Shown here one piece after another: positions 1-9,498 of a stretch of 64,000 nucleotides of DNA. The position numbers were made by a program, and so were the translations under genes. How positions within the stretch are numbered: the first letter of the stretch is position 1; every line of letters begins with the position of its first letter. The DNA is from Candidatus Gastranaerophilales bacterium. Its GTDB lineage: Bacteria; Cyanobacteriota; Vampirovibrionia; Gastranaerophilales; Gastranaerophilaceae. The notes under the pieces were generated by a model. It had not been told where the DNA came from and searched no databases. It worked only from the letters and a program-made list of their open reading frames with translations. Location: contig CALUPP010000034.1 of assembly GCA_944322685.1 (NCBI GenBank), positions 8,475 through 72,474 on the forward strand. The letters run 5' to 3'.

Positions 1-1
1 G

Positions 2-412
2 TTCATTTTTGAAAAAATTAATGATTTTTCGGATGAAGAAACCAAAGAAGACCTGCTCTCAAAGGTTCGCCACGCACTGGGACGCCAGATTTCACAAAGT
101 GTTGCAAACGAAAACAATGTAATCCAGGCTTTTGAGCTTTCTGAAGAACATCTCAAATATTTCCGCACAAAAATATCCGGAAAAAACCCGATAATAAGGA
201 TTGACAACTCAAGAATCAAAGCAATCGCTCAAAATCTTTACAAAAGCGCGGAAAAAGCGGGCATTTTGCCTGAAAACATCGTTCTTATTGTCCCGATGGA
301 GATACGCCAGATTACGGCATTTGTACTTTCTCAGCTGATGACGGTCGTAAAAGTCATTGCCCGAGAAGAAATAGCCGGCGGATATCCGGTAGAAGTCATT
401 GATAACGTTTAA
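2..412 (+). CDS. flhA: 3' end of flagellar/type III export gate protein FlhA (partial, runs off the window start)
   Basis: Frame 2 is open from the window edge to TAA at 410-412. The translation ...VRHALGRQISQ...ENIVLIVPMEIRQITAFVLSQLMTVVKVIAREEIAGGYPVEVIDNV fits the FlhA/SctV C-terminal pattern (VR.AL.RQI ... P.LL.sP.iR ... V.s..Ei). It is absent from the ORF track because there is no start codon in the window. Confidence 0.5.
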   Translation, partial: FIFEKINDFSDEETKEDLLSKVRHALGRQISQSVANENNVIQAFELSEEHLKYFRTKISGKNPIIRIDNSRIKAIAQNLYKSAEKAGILPENIVLIVPMEIRQITAFVLSQLMTVVKVIAREEIAGGYPVEVIDNV

Positions 413-415
413 ATA

Positions 416-895
416 TTAAAAATATCGTTTAATGACCTCACGGCTGAGCTCTTTGCCTTCTTTTTTAGCTATACTTATTATTTGGTACAAATACTCAGCG
501 TATATTTTTGAATCCATATTTTTTTCGGCAATTTTTCTAAAAAGCGCATCCTCTCTAAAAGAAATAATATTTTTTGTGAGAGATTCGATTTTAGGAATAA
601 AATCCCTGGCAAAATAAGACACTACATCATTGTTTTTGTTATCTTTTAAGATTGATACGTTATTTGAAAGGCCGAAAACCTCATTAAAAAGTCTCAAAGA
701 GTAGATTTTTCCTTTTTTTGTATCTTTGGACATAATTTCAACAACAGATGTCGGTTCACCCATTGTTAAAAGGCGTTTTGTGACCTCATTGAGTTTTTCC
801 GGCGTTTTTTGCAAGTAATATTCCGCGGTGGCTCCGAGTTTTGCGCCAAAATTTTGATGATAATTTGTACGATTTATATTATTTCTGATTTCCAT
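416..895 (-). CDS. hypothetical protein (159 aa), N-terminus MEIRNNINRTNYHQNFGAKL
   Basis: Clean 159-aa ORF with no competing frame. No recognisable domain. The N-terminus carries the NFG motif shared with other ORFs in this window. Confidence 0.55.
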   Translation of the reverse strand: MEIRNNINRTNYHQNFGAKLGATAEYYLQKTPEKLNEVTKRLLTMGEPTSVVEIMSKDTKKGKIYSLRLFNEVFGLSNNVSILKDNKNNDVVSYFARDFIPKIESLTKNIISFREDALFRKIAEKNMDSKIYAEYLYQIISIAKKEGKELSREVIKRYF

Positions 896-994
896 ATCCT
901 ATTTAAGTCCGTGAATAAAAAATTTTGCTAACAAAATATTATATTTTGTAACAAAGCAGGCAATCAAGCCAGATTTTACATTTCTATAAAAAAT

Positions 995-3367
995 TTATGG
1001 ATTTATTCGGCCTGTTTTCATCAAATTGAAATATTTGTCAATGGAACCGCCGTCTTTGTCCCAGCTGAAATCATCAGCCATCGCATTTTTCTGGATTTTT
1101 TCAAATTCGGAACGATTATGATAAAAAGTATCCAAAGCTCTGTTAAATGCGTCAAAATAAGCATCAGAATTGCTGAAAAATCCGGAATCCGGGCTGCCGT
1201 AGACGGTAATTCCCTTGTCTCTGTTGTCATTATCATAATGCACCGGCGGTCTGAAGCCGTCAACGCCGTCTTTTACCGTATCAACGAGCCCGCCCGTCGA
1301 AGTCGTCACAGGCACGCAGCCTTTTGCCATTGCTTCAATCTGCGTAAGGCCGCAAGGCTCAAAAATCGAAGGCATTGCGAACATATCCGCAGCGCTGACA
1401 AGAAGATGAGTGTGCAAAAAGCCCTTAAATATGATTATTCGCTTTCCAAGGTCGGGAAAACGCTCTGTAATCTGGCGTTTCATTTCTTTTAAGCGATTGT
1501 AAGTATCGGTGCTTGAAATATTGCCGCCCATTATTACAATTGGGAGCTTATCACGCGAAATATTCTCTTTTTCAGCTTTCAATCCGAGATTATACAGCGT
1601 TCCCCAAAAAATCGTGTCCATTCCCTTTTGAGGGTCAATACGGCCGACATAACCCACAACCGGAACATCTTTAAAGTCCTTAATCCGGCCGATATCGATG
1701 TTCAGAGCGTCTTCGTCAATGAAATAGCGCCTTCCTGGCCAAAGATTATTGCGTTCGGGCGATTTTTCCCTTTCAACAATTCTTTGGAAGATTTTCATAA
1801 TCTCATTTTTGTTTTCATTTTTGACCTCAATGGCATTTAAATCCGCTTCATTATAGGGTTTAAGCACAATATCGCTCAAATCTATCTTATATCCGTCGAT
1901 ATCAAGGTCATTTTTTATTTGTTTAAGGGTATTGTCCATATTTTTCTTATTCGGGACGATGGTAGATTTAGAATATCCGTTTATTATCGGCGTAAGCGTC
2001 TTAAATTGGCTTCTTTCCTGCAAAAGAGGGCTCAAGCCTTTTGATTTTACGTTTGATTTCAACAGCTCCTGACCGTAATTTTCAGAAACGGGTACAACCC
2101 TGTCAGCAAGCGAGATTCCGCACATCGCAGAATTAAAATCATTATGAACCATCATTGAATTTTCAAGCCCAAAGTCCTTGAACTGCCAAGGAATATCCAG
2201 TGTTTTCGCATGCGAAAGAATATCCGCAGAAAAACCTTGAAGCAGGGTTGCAAAAAGCGTCATACGATGCAAATTGTCATTTCCTTTGGAAACGCCCTGA
2301 TGTTCTGCGTTATGAACAATGAAAACAGTCGGAAGCTGGTCAAAGTAAACGCCCGTTTCATGGTCGAGCTGTCCGTAATCAGCTTCTGTCGCTGCCATGT
2401 ATTTTGTCAGCGGGGCAACGGCTCCGGCATGCCAATCGTTCAAAATCGCGACGTTAGGAGCCTCAATTCCCTTAAGTTTGCCTTGTTTTGCAGCTTTCAT
2501 CACCTCATAAACCGATTTTGAAAAATAAGCCATACGCGTAATCGGGTCAGTTCCGTTGTCAGTATAAGGATTCAGTCCGCCATTACCGTCCGAGATGTTA
2601 AAAATGTTACTATTTTCAATAGAACGGCCGATTTCGTTCGTTGGATAGGGGTCCGAAGTATCCAAAAATATGTAATCCGTGTTTTTCAGGTGAGCTTTGA
2701 AAACTCTGACCTCATTGTCTTTCAAACAAGTATTCGAATTAGCATCACCGTTGTATATCGGCACATTGACCTTTCCAGCATAATCCAAATCAAGGTACAA
2801 AGGATCTTTTTTGCCATACTGGTACCTAAATTTTCCGTCAACGCCTTGTATTTCGTAGTTAACTTTCCCCTGACCGTTATACAAAGGGGTAATTATCGTA
2901 ACTTTGTGCCCATCTGAGCCGTATTTGTTGTTAAAGCTCATCGGCAAATCCGTCGCAACCTGTCCCAAGCCGCCGTCTGACATAAAATCCGAAGTTTCAG
3001 CAGTTACCATCCAGGCGTTAACTTTGTCGATTTTAGGCCATTTATATTCGTTTGATTCGGCACTGACGCCCCTCATTCTTGCAGCAGCCTCTGTTTCAAG
3101 CCTAAAAGCGGCATAATTCGACAATCTGGGTCGAAAAGCCTCAAAATCATAATATTTTCCATACGGATGCATCATTGTTTGCTGCATTGCCGTATTTTTT
3201 CCGAAAGAAACAGCTGCTCTATTATTCAGTGCGAGCAAATCAAGAAATTTTTCCGCAGAATTTGAGTTTTGTGCATAAAAAATCGGAGTTTTATTATCAT
3301 TTTTGCGTATTTTCGTATTATGTTGAATTCCAAGAGTCGTTAAAGTAACCGGTTGAACCGAAACCAT
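995..3367 (-). CDS. glycogen/starch synthase-like GT5 glycosyltransferase, atypical long form (790 aa)
   Basis: Has an N-terminal Rossmann motif ...SDGGLGQVATDLP (the KTGGLGDV-type region) and a C-terminal EPCGLTQIEAMAKGCVPVTTSTGGLVDTV, typical of GlgA/starch synthase. It also has a ~125-aa N-terminal extension and a long internal insertion. RBS AAGGA lies 9 nt upstream of the ATG. Confidence 0.7.
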   Translation of the reverse strand: MVSVQPVTLTTLGIQHNTKIRKNDNKTPIFYAQNSNSAEKFLDLLALNNRAAVSFGKNTAMQQTMMHPYGKYYDFEAFRPRLSNYAAFRLETEAAARMRGVSAESNEYKWPKIDKVNAWMVTAETSDFMSDGGLGQVATDLPMSFNNKYGSDGHKVTIITPLYNGQGKVNYEIQGVDGKFRYQYGKKDPLYLDLDYAGKVNVPIYNGDANSNTCLKDNEVRVFKAHLKNTDYIFLDTSDPYPTNEIGRSIENSNIFNISDGNGGLNPYTDNGTDPITRMAYFSKSVYEVMKAAKQGKLKGIEAPNVAILNDWHAGAVAPLTKYMAATEADYGQLDHETGVYFDQLPTVFIVHNAEHQGVSKGNDNLHRMTLFATLLQGFSADILSHAKTLDIPWQFKDFGLENSMMVHNDFNSAMCGISLADRVVPVSENYGQELLKSNVKSKGLSPLLQERSQFKTLTPIINGYSKSTIVPNKKNMDNTLKQIKNDLDIDGYKIDLSDIVLKPYNEADLNAIEVKNENKNEIMKIFQRIVEREKSPERNNLWPGRRYFIDEDALNIDIGRIKDFKDVPVVGYVGRIDPQKGMDTIFWGTLYNLGLKAEKENISRDKLPIVIMGGNISSTDTYNRLKEMKRQITERFPDLGKRIIIFKGFLHTHLLVSAADMFAMPSIFEPCGLTQIEAMAKGCVPVTTSTGGLVDTVKDGVDGFRPPVHYDNDNRDKGITVYGSPDSGFFSNSDAYFDAFNRALDTFYHNRSEFEKIQKNAMADDFSWDKDGGSIDKYFNLMKTGRINP

Positions 3368-3674
3368 TTTATTAGTCCTTTTTTCCTATAATATACTCAG
3401 TCCTCATGCAATAACTATCCTGAATAAAAATTTTGTCAGCAGAAATAAAAAAAATCGGTTTAAATTTACAAAAATTAACAGGATATGCGGCACTTTCACC
3501 GCAAATAATGCAAGCAATTCCATATTAATAATAACATAAGCATGAGCAGCAACAAACTTATTCAAAAAACTTTATATTTTCACCTACACCATATAGAGGA
3601 GATTTTTCATATTCGCTAAAGAGTTTTATCTTTCTTCCGATACAAATAGAAAGACGAACACACGAAGGATAGTC

Positions 3675-5330
3675 ATGTTAGACCAGACATCACAGGGGGC
3701 GGACTCCCAATACAAGCGAAAAGACCTAAACTTGCTTGAACTTGCAAGAAAATCGCATGAAAAATACCTTTTAAGAAATAATAACAGCGACCTGAACGAG
3801 GCCGTAGGGTATTACATTCAAGCAATCAAAGAAAATCCTGATATTCCGGAAACATATTACAGGCTTGCGACGCTTCTTTATGAAAACGGGCAGATTTCAC
3901 TGGATTCGGCTATTGAACAGTGCAAAATCGCAATAAATATCGCACCCAAAAACCCAAATACCCATATTTATACGGGATATTTTCTAAAATTGGCTCAAAA
4001 CTTCGAAGAAGCAGAAAAAGAATTTAAAAACGCAATAAAAATCAACCCGCTCATGGCTGCACGCCCGAGATTGATTCTTGCTGCGTTGTTGTATGAAAAG
4101 ATTAACTCCCAAAAACCCTCATTCTCCGAGTTTTTTAAGATGGTGTATTATGCGTGCTCGGGCTGTCTCGCAATATTGTGGGACTTTCCCTCTCTGAAAA
4201 TGTTCTATAAGAGTATTAGTGACGACGCAATGGTTTCGGCATTCAAAACTTACGGCGGAATTTTAGAAAAACTGAACAAAAAATCCCGCGCAATCGAAAC
4301 TTATGACATTGCAGCAGAAATGACAGGCAGAGAGGGAGTCTTCTACGGGAAAATCGGTGATATCTGCATAAAAGAGCACATCCCGGAGGTCGCAGTTAAT
4401 GCTTATAGAAAAGTTCTGGAATCGAACCCCTACGACCGCGACACTCTCGTTAAGCTCGCAACCGTTCTTCAGGCATATTTTGAAACGGAATACGATGAAG
4501 CAATCGACTGCTACACAAAACTGCTTGAACTTGAGCCGAGAAATGACAAAATTTATTACGAACTGGGGCATCTTTACCTGCAAAAGGACGAAATTCTCTG
4601 CGCGGTGAATGCATTCAACATGGCGCTCGAGATAGATTACGAAAATCCGTTCTACCACAATAGCATGGCCTTCGCTCTCGTACAGCTCGGGCAGCATGAC
4701 GAGGCAATCGAGCATTATCAAACTGCAATAAACGCAAATCCGGATCCGATATGGACTTCAATCGTATGCCAGGCGCTCGGGTCGGTTTATCTTGAAATAA
4801 AAGAGAACCCTGAAGCTGCAATTGCCCTTTATCAAACGGCTGCGGTACTGAATCCCGAATCGGATGACTGCCAGATTGCGATTGGAGATTTGTATTTTTC
4901 ACTGGAAGATATGGATTCTGCAATCAAAGCCTACTGCGACGCAATCAAAATCAATCCGGAAAACGCAAAAGCTTACGGAAAATGCGGTATGGCGCTGTGG
5001 GAAAAGGATTTTGTTGAAGAAGCAATCGTTGCCTACAACAAAGCTATCGGAATCGACCCTGAATATGCGGTAGCCTATAACAATTTGGGCGTGATTTATC
5101 TTGACGGAATAGGAAACGTCCGGGAATCGATTGAGCTATTCAAAAAGGCGCTGGAAATCAACCCCGATTACACTTTAGCGAATTTCAACATAGCACGCGC
5201 TTATCAGGTGCTCAAAAATTCAATGGAAGCCGCAAAATATTACCAAAAAGCAATAGATTTAAACAAAACATCAGGCGAACTGGACGAAGAAGACATTCAG
5301 GAGCGTTTATTCAAGCTGTTTGAGGTTTAA
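3675..5330 (+). CDS. tetratricopeptide (TPR) repeat protein, 551 aa
   Basis: Repeated 34-aa A..Y..A....P....A..NLG-type units, for example AYNKAIGIDPEYAVAYNNLGVIY and LFKKALEINPDYTLANFNIARAY. Confidence 0.8.
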   Translation: MLDQTSQGADSQYKRKDLNLLELARKSHEKYLLRNNNSDLNEAVGYYIQAIKENPDIPETYYRLATLLYENGQISLDSAIEQCKIAINIAPKNPNTHIYTGYFLKLAQNFEEAEKEFKNAIKINPLMAARPRLILAALLYEKINSQKPSFSEFFKMVYYACSGCLAILWDFPSLKMFYKSISDDAMVSAFKTYGGILEKLNKKSRAIETYDIAAEMTGREGVFYGKIGDICIKEHIPEVAVNAYRKVLESNPYDRDTLVKLATVLQAYFETEYDEAIDCYTKLLELEPRNDKIYYELGHLYLQKDEILCAVNAFNMALEIDYENPFYHNSMAFALVQLGQHDEAIEHYQTAINANPDPIWTSIVCQALGSVYLEIKENPEAAIALYQTAAVLNPESDDCQIAIGDLYFSLEDMDSAIKAYCDAIKINPENAKAYGKCGMALWEKDFVEEAIVAYNKAIGIDPEYAVAYNNLGVIYLDGIGNVRESIELFKKALEINPDYTLANFNIARAYQVLKNSMEAAKYYQKAIDLNKTSGELDEEDIQERLFKLFEV

Positions 5331-5357
5331 ATCAAAAAATTTGTAGTCTAAGGAGTA

Positions 5358-5392
5358 ATACCCCGTCCAAAATCGGATGGGGTATTTTTTAT
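5358..5392 (+). terminator. Rho-independent terminator of the TPR gene
   Basis: ATACCCCGTCC-aaaatc-GGATGGGGTAT hairpin (one G-T pair) followed by TTTTTT, 28 nt after the stop codon. Confidence 0.75.
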
Positions 5393-5621
5393 TAAGAAAT
5401 GTAAAATTTAAAAAACTGCTTTAAGTGTAAAATTTACAATAATAATGATTTTTTAAGTGAAAAATTTCAAAAATTTAAACAAAATTTGCAAATATTTGAA
5501 AAAATATACTCAAAAAGCACCCTATTATTTTATAAAAATAAGATTTTTTGATTTTTTTCTAAAATTTTTAAAACTGGGCAAAATATTGACCTGCAAAGCG
5601 TCATGCGCTATTCTTTAATAC

Positions 5622-5752
5622 ATAAATAAAGACTTTTTAATCTTAAGAGGAATAAAAAACTTATCTATCACATACCTAAACTCAGTACCATGAGTTTTTA
5701 CACATGCCGAATACTTCAGATTAGTACCTGAGCCCAAAGGCTCATTTTTTTT
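5622..5752 (+). ncRNA. candidate orphan small RNA (~130 nt), function unknown
   Basis: Promoter-like TTGACC (5586-5591), 17-nt spacer, TATTCT (5609-5614). Downstream lie the hairpin ACTCA-gtacca-TGAGT and a strong terminator TGAGCC-caaa-GGCTCA plus T8 (5729-5752). No plausible ORF and no + strand gene downstream. Confidence 0.3.
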
Positions 5753-5803
5753 ATAAAAAATACAATCAAATTACAATTTGCAAATAAAACAAACGAACAA
5801 AAA

Positions 5804-5980
5804 CTACTTTTTAGGAGCCGCTTTTGTCTGTTTTTGTTTAATATCAAGCGCCGCATTATGCGCCATCAAATAAATAGAACAAGTTTTATAGTTTTTTATA
5901 TACCAGGCGCATTTTTCCTGTGCACAAACAATTTCCATATCGTTTCCTGCGCTCATTAGCGGGCATATTGGTATCGACAT
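5804..5980 (-). CDS. small Cys-rich protein (58 aa), MSIPICPLMSAGNDMEIVCAQEKCAWYIKNYKTCSIYLMAHNAALDIKQKQTKAAPKK
   Basis: Below the ORF-track length cutoff, so I found it by hand. ATG at 5980 lies 11 nt after the stop of the upstream gene, with GGGAAG as RBS. Four Cys residues and a basic tail. Confidence 0.45.
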   Translation of the reverse strand: MSIPICPLMSAGNDMEIVCAQEKCAWYIKNYKTCSIYLMAHNAALDIKQKQTKAAPKK

Positions 5981-5991
5981 AATTTTCTTCC

Positions 5992-6840
5992 CTACACTTT
6001 CAACTTATCTGCCTGTTTCAACAGGTTGCAATTTTCATCTCTGCTTTTTTCGTAATCTTTATAAATTTTTGTACGATTTATGACCTCATCAAAGTCAATT
6101 TGGTGAGCATCAAAATCCGGGCCGTCCACACAGGCAAATTTTACCTTTCCGCCAACTGTTAATCTGCAAGCACCGCACATTCCGGTTCCGTCAACCATAA
6201 TCGGGTTCATGCTTGCCTCGGTTTTTATGCCCTTATCTCGAGTCAAATCAGCAACCGCGCGCATCATCGGCATCGGACCGACAGCAATTGCATAATTAAT
6301 TTGCTCTTTTTTCATCAATTCGCTCATAACACCGGTCACAAAGCCCTTTGTACCGAGCGAACCGTCATCAGTAGTTATAAAAAGCTCTGTGCAGGCGTCT
6401 TTCATCTTGTCCTGCCAGAAAATCAGGTCTTTAGTACGGGCGCCCATTATCATATAAACCTTGTTTCCTGCTTCTTTAAAGGCTTTTGCAATCAAATAGC
6501 AGGGCGCAGCACCATAACCGCCAGCCAAACAGACAACCGTGCCGTACTTTTCAATGTGAGTGGGCTGACCAAGCGGCCCCACAACATCAGCAATCTCGTC
6601 GCCAACGTTCAATTGCGCAAGTTTTTTGGTTGAATAGCCAACAGCCATAAAAACTATGGTCAATTCGCCCTTTTCTCTGTTGAAATCAGCAATGGTAAGC
6701 GGAATTCTTTCACCGTTTTCGTCAACACGCAATATAATAAACTGGCCGGCCTGCGCATTTTTTGTAACAAAAGGCGCCTCAACCGTTAATTCGTATTGAT
6801 TTGCGCATAATTCTTTTTTTGCAAGTATTTTATATCCCAC
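5992..6840 (-). CDS. sulfide/dihydroorotate dehydrogenase-like FAD/NAD-binding protein (PyrK/NfnA family, 2Fe-2S)
   Basis: Ferredoxin-reductase-type fold (RIPLTIADF, VCLAGGYGAAP) and a C-terminal cluster motif DGTGMCGACRLTVGGKVKFACVDGPDF, typical of PyrK/NfnA-like electron-transfer subunits. Confidence 0.75.
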   Translation of the reverse strand: MGYKILAKKELCANQYELTVEAPFVTKNAQAGQFIILRVDENGERIPLTIADFNREKGELTIVFMAVGYSTKKLAQLNVGDEIADVVGPLGQPTHIEKYGTVVCLAGGYGAAPCYLIAKAFKEAGNKVYMIMGARTKDLIFWQDKMKDACTELFITTDDGSLGTKGFVTGVMSELMKKEQINYAIAVGPMPMMRAVADLTRDKGIKTEASMNPIMVDGTGMCGACRLTVGGKVKFACVDGPDFDAHQIDFDEVINRTKIYKDYEKSRDENCNLLKQADKLKV

Positions 6841-6911
6841 TTTTGCTTATTTCCTTTGGTGTACTACTTTCATACAACAGGATAGCACTTACAGTCAATT
6901 ATGCCAACCCG

Positions 6912-7844
6912 CTATTTTTTCAGCGCATCCGCACCGGACACAACTTCAAGAATTTCATTGGTAATTGCGGTCTGGCGCACCTTGTTGTAGTCGACAGTCA
7001 ATGTGCTTATCATTTCATCAGCATTATTGGTCGCTGACGACATTGCCATCATCCTAGCCGCCAATTCGCTTGCCACAGCCTCAAGAAGTGCCTGATAAAT
7101 AATGTTAGAAATATACATTGGCACTAATTTTTGCAAAATATGATTCATATCCGGCTCAAAAACCATCAACGGGTCAATTACATGAGCATCTGAGCTTTCT
7201 TCCATCTCTGTTTTCTCAACAGGAAGCACCTGCCAGTCAGAAACCTTGTACGACATCATATTTTTAAAGCGAGTAGTGATAACTTCGATGTTATCAATAA
7301 CCCCGCCGACCATAGCAGCAGCCATATCCTCCGCAATTACGATTGCGTTTGAAGAATTAGGCTCACCGGAGATTGAAGTGTATTTTTTAACAATTTCAAA
7401 CCCGGCAGAAAGCTCTCTTCTTCTCAAAGAAGAATAACCTTTTTGACCGACGACAAAAACCTTAACTTCAAGTCCCTGCTCTTTCAATGCGGCAATTTTA
7501 TTCAGCGTATATCTGATAACATTCGCATTATAGGCGCCCGCAAGGCCTTTATTTGACGTAACAACGAGCAATCCCACCGTTTTTATGTAACGTGTTCTCA
7601 AAAGTTCGGGATAATTGTCAATCGCTCGCTCAATTTTAAGACCTGCGCTGGAATAATCACCGTCAGATGAAGCCAGCGCCCTTGAAAAGACCTGCGCTAT
7701 TGCTTTTGCAAAAGGACGTGCAGCTTTTACGCGGTTTTCCGATTTTTTAACCTTTGCTGCTGCAACCATTTTCATTGCACGCGTGATTTTCTGCGTGTTT
7801 TTAATACTGGTTATTCTGTCTTTTATGTCTAATAAATTTGGCAT
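6912..7844 (-). CDS. atpG: F0F1 ATP synthase subunit gamma
   Basis: N-terminus MPNLLDIKDRITSIKNTQKITRAMKMVAAAK and C-terminus ...YNKVRQTAITNEILEVVSGADAL are gamma-subunit hallmarks. It follows atpA. Confidence 0.95.
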   Translation of the reverse strand: MPNLLDIKDRITSIKNTQKITRAMKMVAAAKVKKSENRVKAARPFAKAIAQVFSRALASSDGDYSSAGLKIERAIDNYPELLRTRYIKTVGLLVVTSNKGLAGAYNANVIRYTLNKIAALKEQGLEVKVFVVGQKGYSSLRRRELSAGFEIVKKYTSISGEPNSSNAIVIAEDMAAAMVGGVIDNIEVITTRFKNMMSYKVSDWQVLPVEKTEMEESSDAHVIDPLMVFEPDMNHILQKLVPMYISNIIYQALLEAVASELAARMMAMSSATNNADEMISTLTVDYNKVRQTAITNEILEVVSGADALKK

Positions 7845-7897
7845 TTTTTGTCCTTTTTGATTATGTCAAGCCAAACAAGTCCGGCCCTACACTTAAA

Positions 7898-9418
7898 TTA
7901 TGCGCTGAATACTGACGATTTAAACGTATCAAGGCTCTCTTTGAGAAGCTTTTTATCATTATCGTCCAAAGCTGCGCCGGAATTGAGTTTTGTTTCAAGT
8001 TCCGACAGGTTTGATTTAAAGTATTCAAACCATTCTTTTTTGAACTGCGCAATTTTGTTGTTATCAATATCGTCCATAACGCCTTCGTTTGCGGCAAAGA
8101 GGATACTTACCTGTTCAGCAACGCTCAAAGGTGAATATTGAGGCTGTTTCAAAACTTCTGTAAGTTTTTGGCCTCTCAAAAGCTGATCACGGGTAGCTTT
8201 GTCCAAATCGCTTGCAAATTGAGCAAAAGCCTCCAATTCTCTGAACTGAGCAAGGTCAAGCCTCAATTTTCCTGCGACCTGCTTGATACCTTTTGTCTGC
8301 GCAGCGCCGCCAACACGGGAAACCGAGATACCGGCGTTGATTGCAGGTCTGATACCCGAGTTGAAAAGGCCGGTTTCAAGGAATATCTGACCGTCAGTAA
8401 TAGAAATTACGTTGGTCGGGATATACGCAGAAACGTCACCTGCCTGTGTTTCAATAATCGGGAGCGCTGTAATGGAACCGCCGCCGAGTTTATCGTTCAA
8501 CTTAACCGCACGCTCAAGAAGTCTTGAATGCAGGTAGAAAACGTCACCCGGATATGCTTCACGTCCCGGCGGACGCCTCAAAAGCAAGCTCATTGCACGA
8601 TATGCCTGTGCTTGTTTTGTCAGGTCATCAAATACAATCAAAACTGCCTTACCCTGTTCCATAAATTCTTCCGCAATTGCCATACCCGCAAAAGGAGCAA
8701 TATATTGAAGCGGAGCAGACTCGTCAGCCGTAGCTGAAACGATTATGGAGTAATCCATTGCGCCGTAATCTTCCAATTTTTTTGCAAGCTGGGCAACTGT
8801 CGAGGTTTTTTGCCCGATTGCAACGTAAATACAAATTACATCCTGGCCTTTTTGGTTAATAATCGTGTCAATTGCAATAGCGGTCTTACCGGTCTGTCTG
8901 TCACCGATAATCAACTCACGCTGGCCGCGTCCGATAGGGGTCAAGGCGTCAATTGCGGTCAAACCGGTCTGCAAAGGCTCATGAACCGATTTTCTTGTAA
9001 CGATACCGGGTGCAACTCTCTCAACGGGTCTTGTTTTTTCGTAATGAATATCGCCTTTGCCGTCAACAGGACGTCCCGTCGGGCTGATAATACGTCCGAT
9101 AAGGCCGTCGCCGACAGGAACCGACGCGATTCGGCCGGTCGTCTTAACTGTCATGCCTTCTTTGATTTGTGTGTATTCACCGAGGATAACAACGCCGACA
9201 TTGTCTTCTTCAAGGTTCAATGCAATACCCAGAGTGCCTTTTCCGTCGTCAAATTCCACAAGTTCGTTTGACATTGCATTTCTCAAGCCGTAAACACGGG
9301 CAATACCGTCGCCGACCTCAAGAACCGAGCCGATATTGGAAACTTCCATTTCCTGAGAATAATTTTCGATTTTTGCCTTAATTATGGAAGTAATTTCATC
9401 AGGTCTTATTGTTGCCAT
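7898..9418 (-). CDS. atpA: F0F1 ATP synthase subunit alpha
   Basis: Walker [20 protein letters not shown] and overall alpha-subunit sequence. I place the start at ATG 9418 ([26 protein letters not shown]) rather than the longest ORF start at 9487. Confidence 0.95.
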   Translation of the reverse strand: MATIRPDEITSIIKAKIENYSQEMEVSNIGSVLEVGDGIARVYGLRNAMSNELVEFDDGKGTLGIALNLEEDNVGVVILGEYTQIKEGMTVKTTGRIASVPVGDGLIGRIISPTGRPVDGKGDIHYEKTRPVERVAPGIVTRKSVHEPLQTGLTAIDALTPIGRGQRELIIGDRQTGKTAIAIDTIINQKGQDVICIYVAIGQKTSTVAQLAKKLEDYGAMDYSIIVSATADESAPLQYIAPFAGMAIAEEFMEQGKAVLIVFDDLTKQAQAYRAMSLLLRRPPGREAYPGDVFYLHSRLLERAVKLNDKLGGGSITALPIIETQAGDVSAYIPTNVISITDGQIFLETGLFNSGIRPAINAGISVSRVGGAAQTKGIKQVAGKLRLDLAQFRELEAFAQFASDLDKATRDQLLRGQKLTEVLKQPQYSPLSVAEQVSILFAANEGVMDDIDNNKIAQFKKEWFEYFKSNLSELETKLNSGAALDDNDKKLLKESLDTFKSSVFSA

Positions 9419-9498
9419 TTTACTTTTCCTTTTAATTGTATCTTTATTTTGTGTTTCTCGCCTCAAGCGAGCCGGGCCGAAGCCCATTTTGCATATTT

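Noticed and set aside
1021-3116. Multiple 60-125-aa ORFs overlapping the GlgA-like gene on either strand
   Set aside because: They are nested within a gene that has clear GT5 motifs, and they show no motifs or RBS of their own.
5393-5620. Replication origin or DnaA-box cluster in the long AT-rich gap
   Set aside because: There are no TTATCCACA-like boxes; the nearest is CTATCACAT. There is no dnaA/dnaN context. The short palindromes present (TGTAAAATTTACA, TGAAAAATTTCA) do not match NtcA/CRP spacing and are expected in AT-rich DNA.
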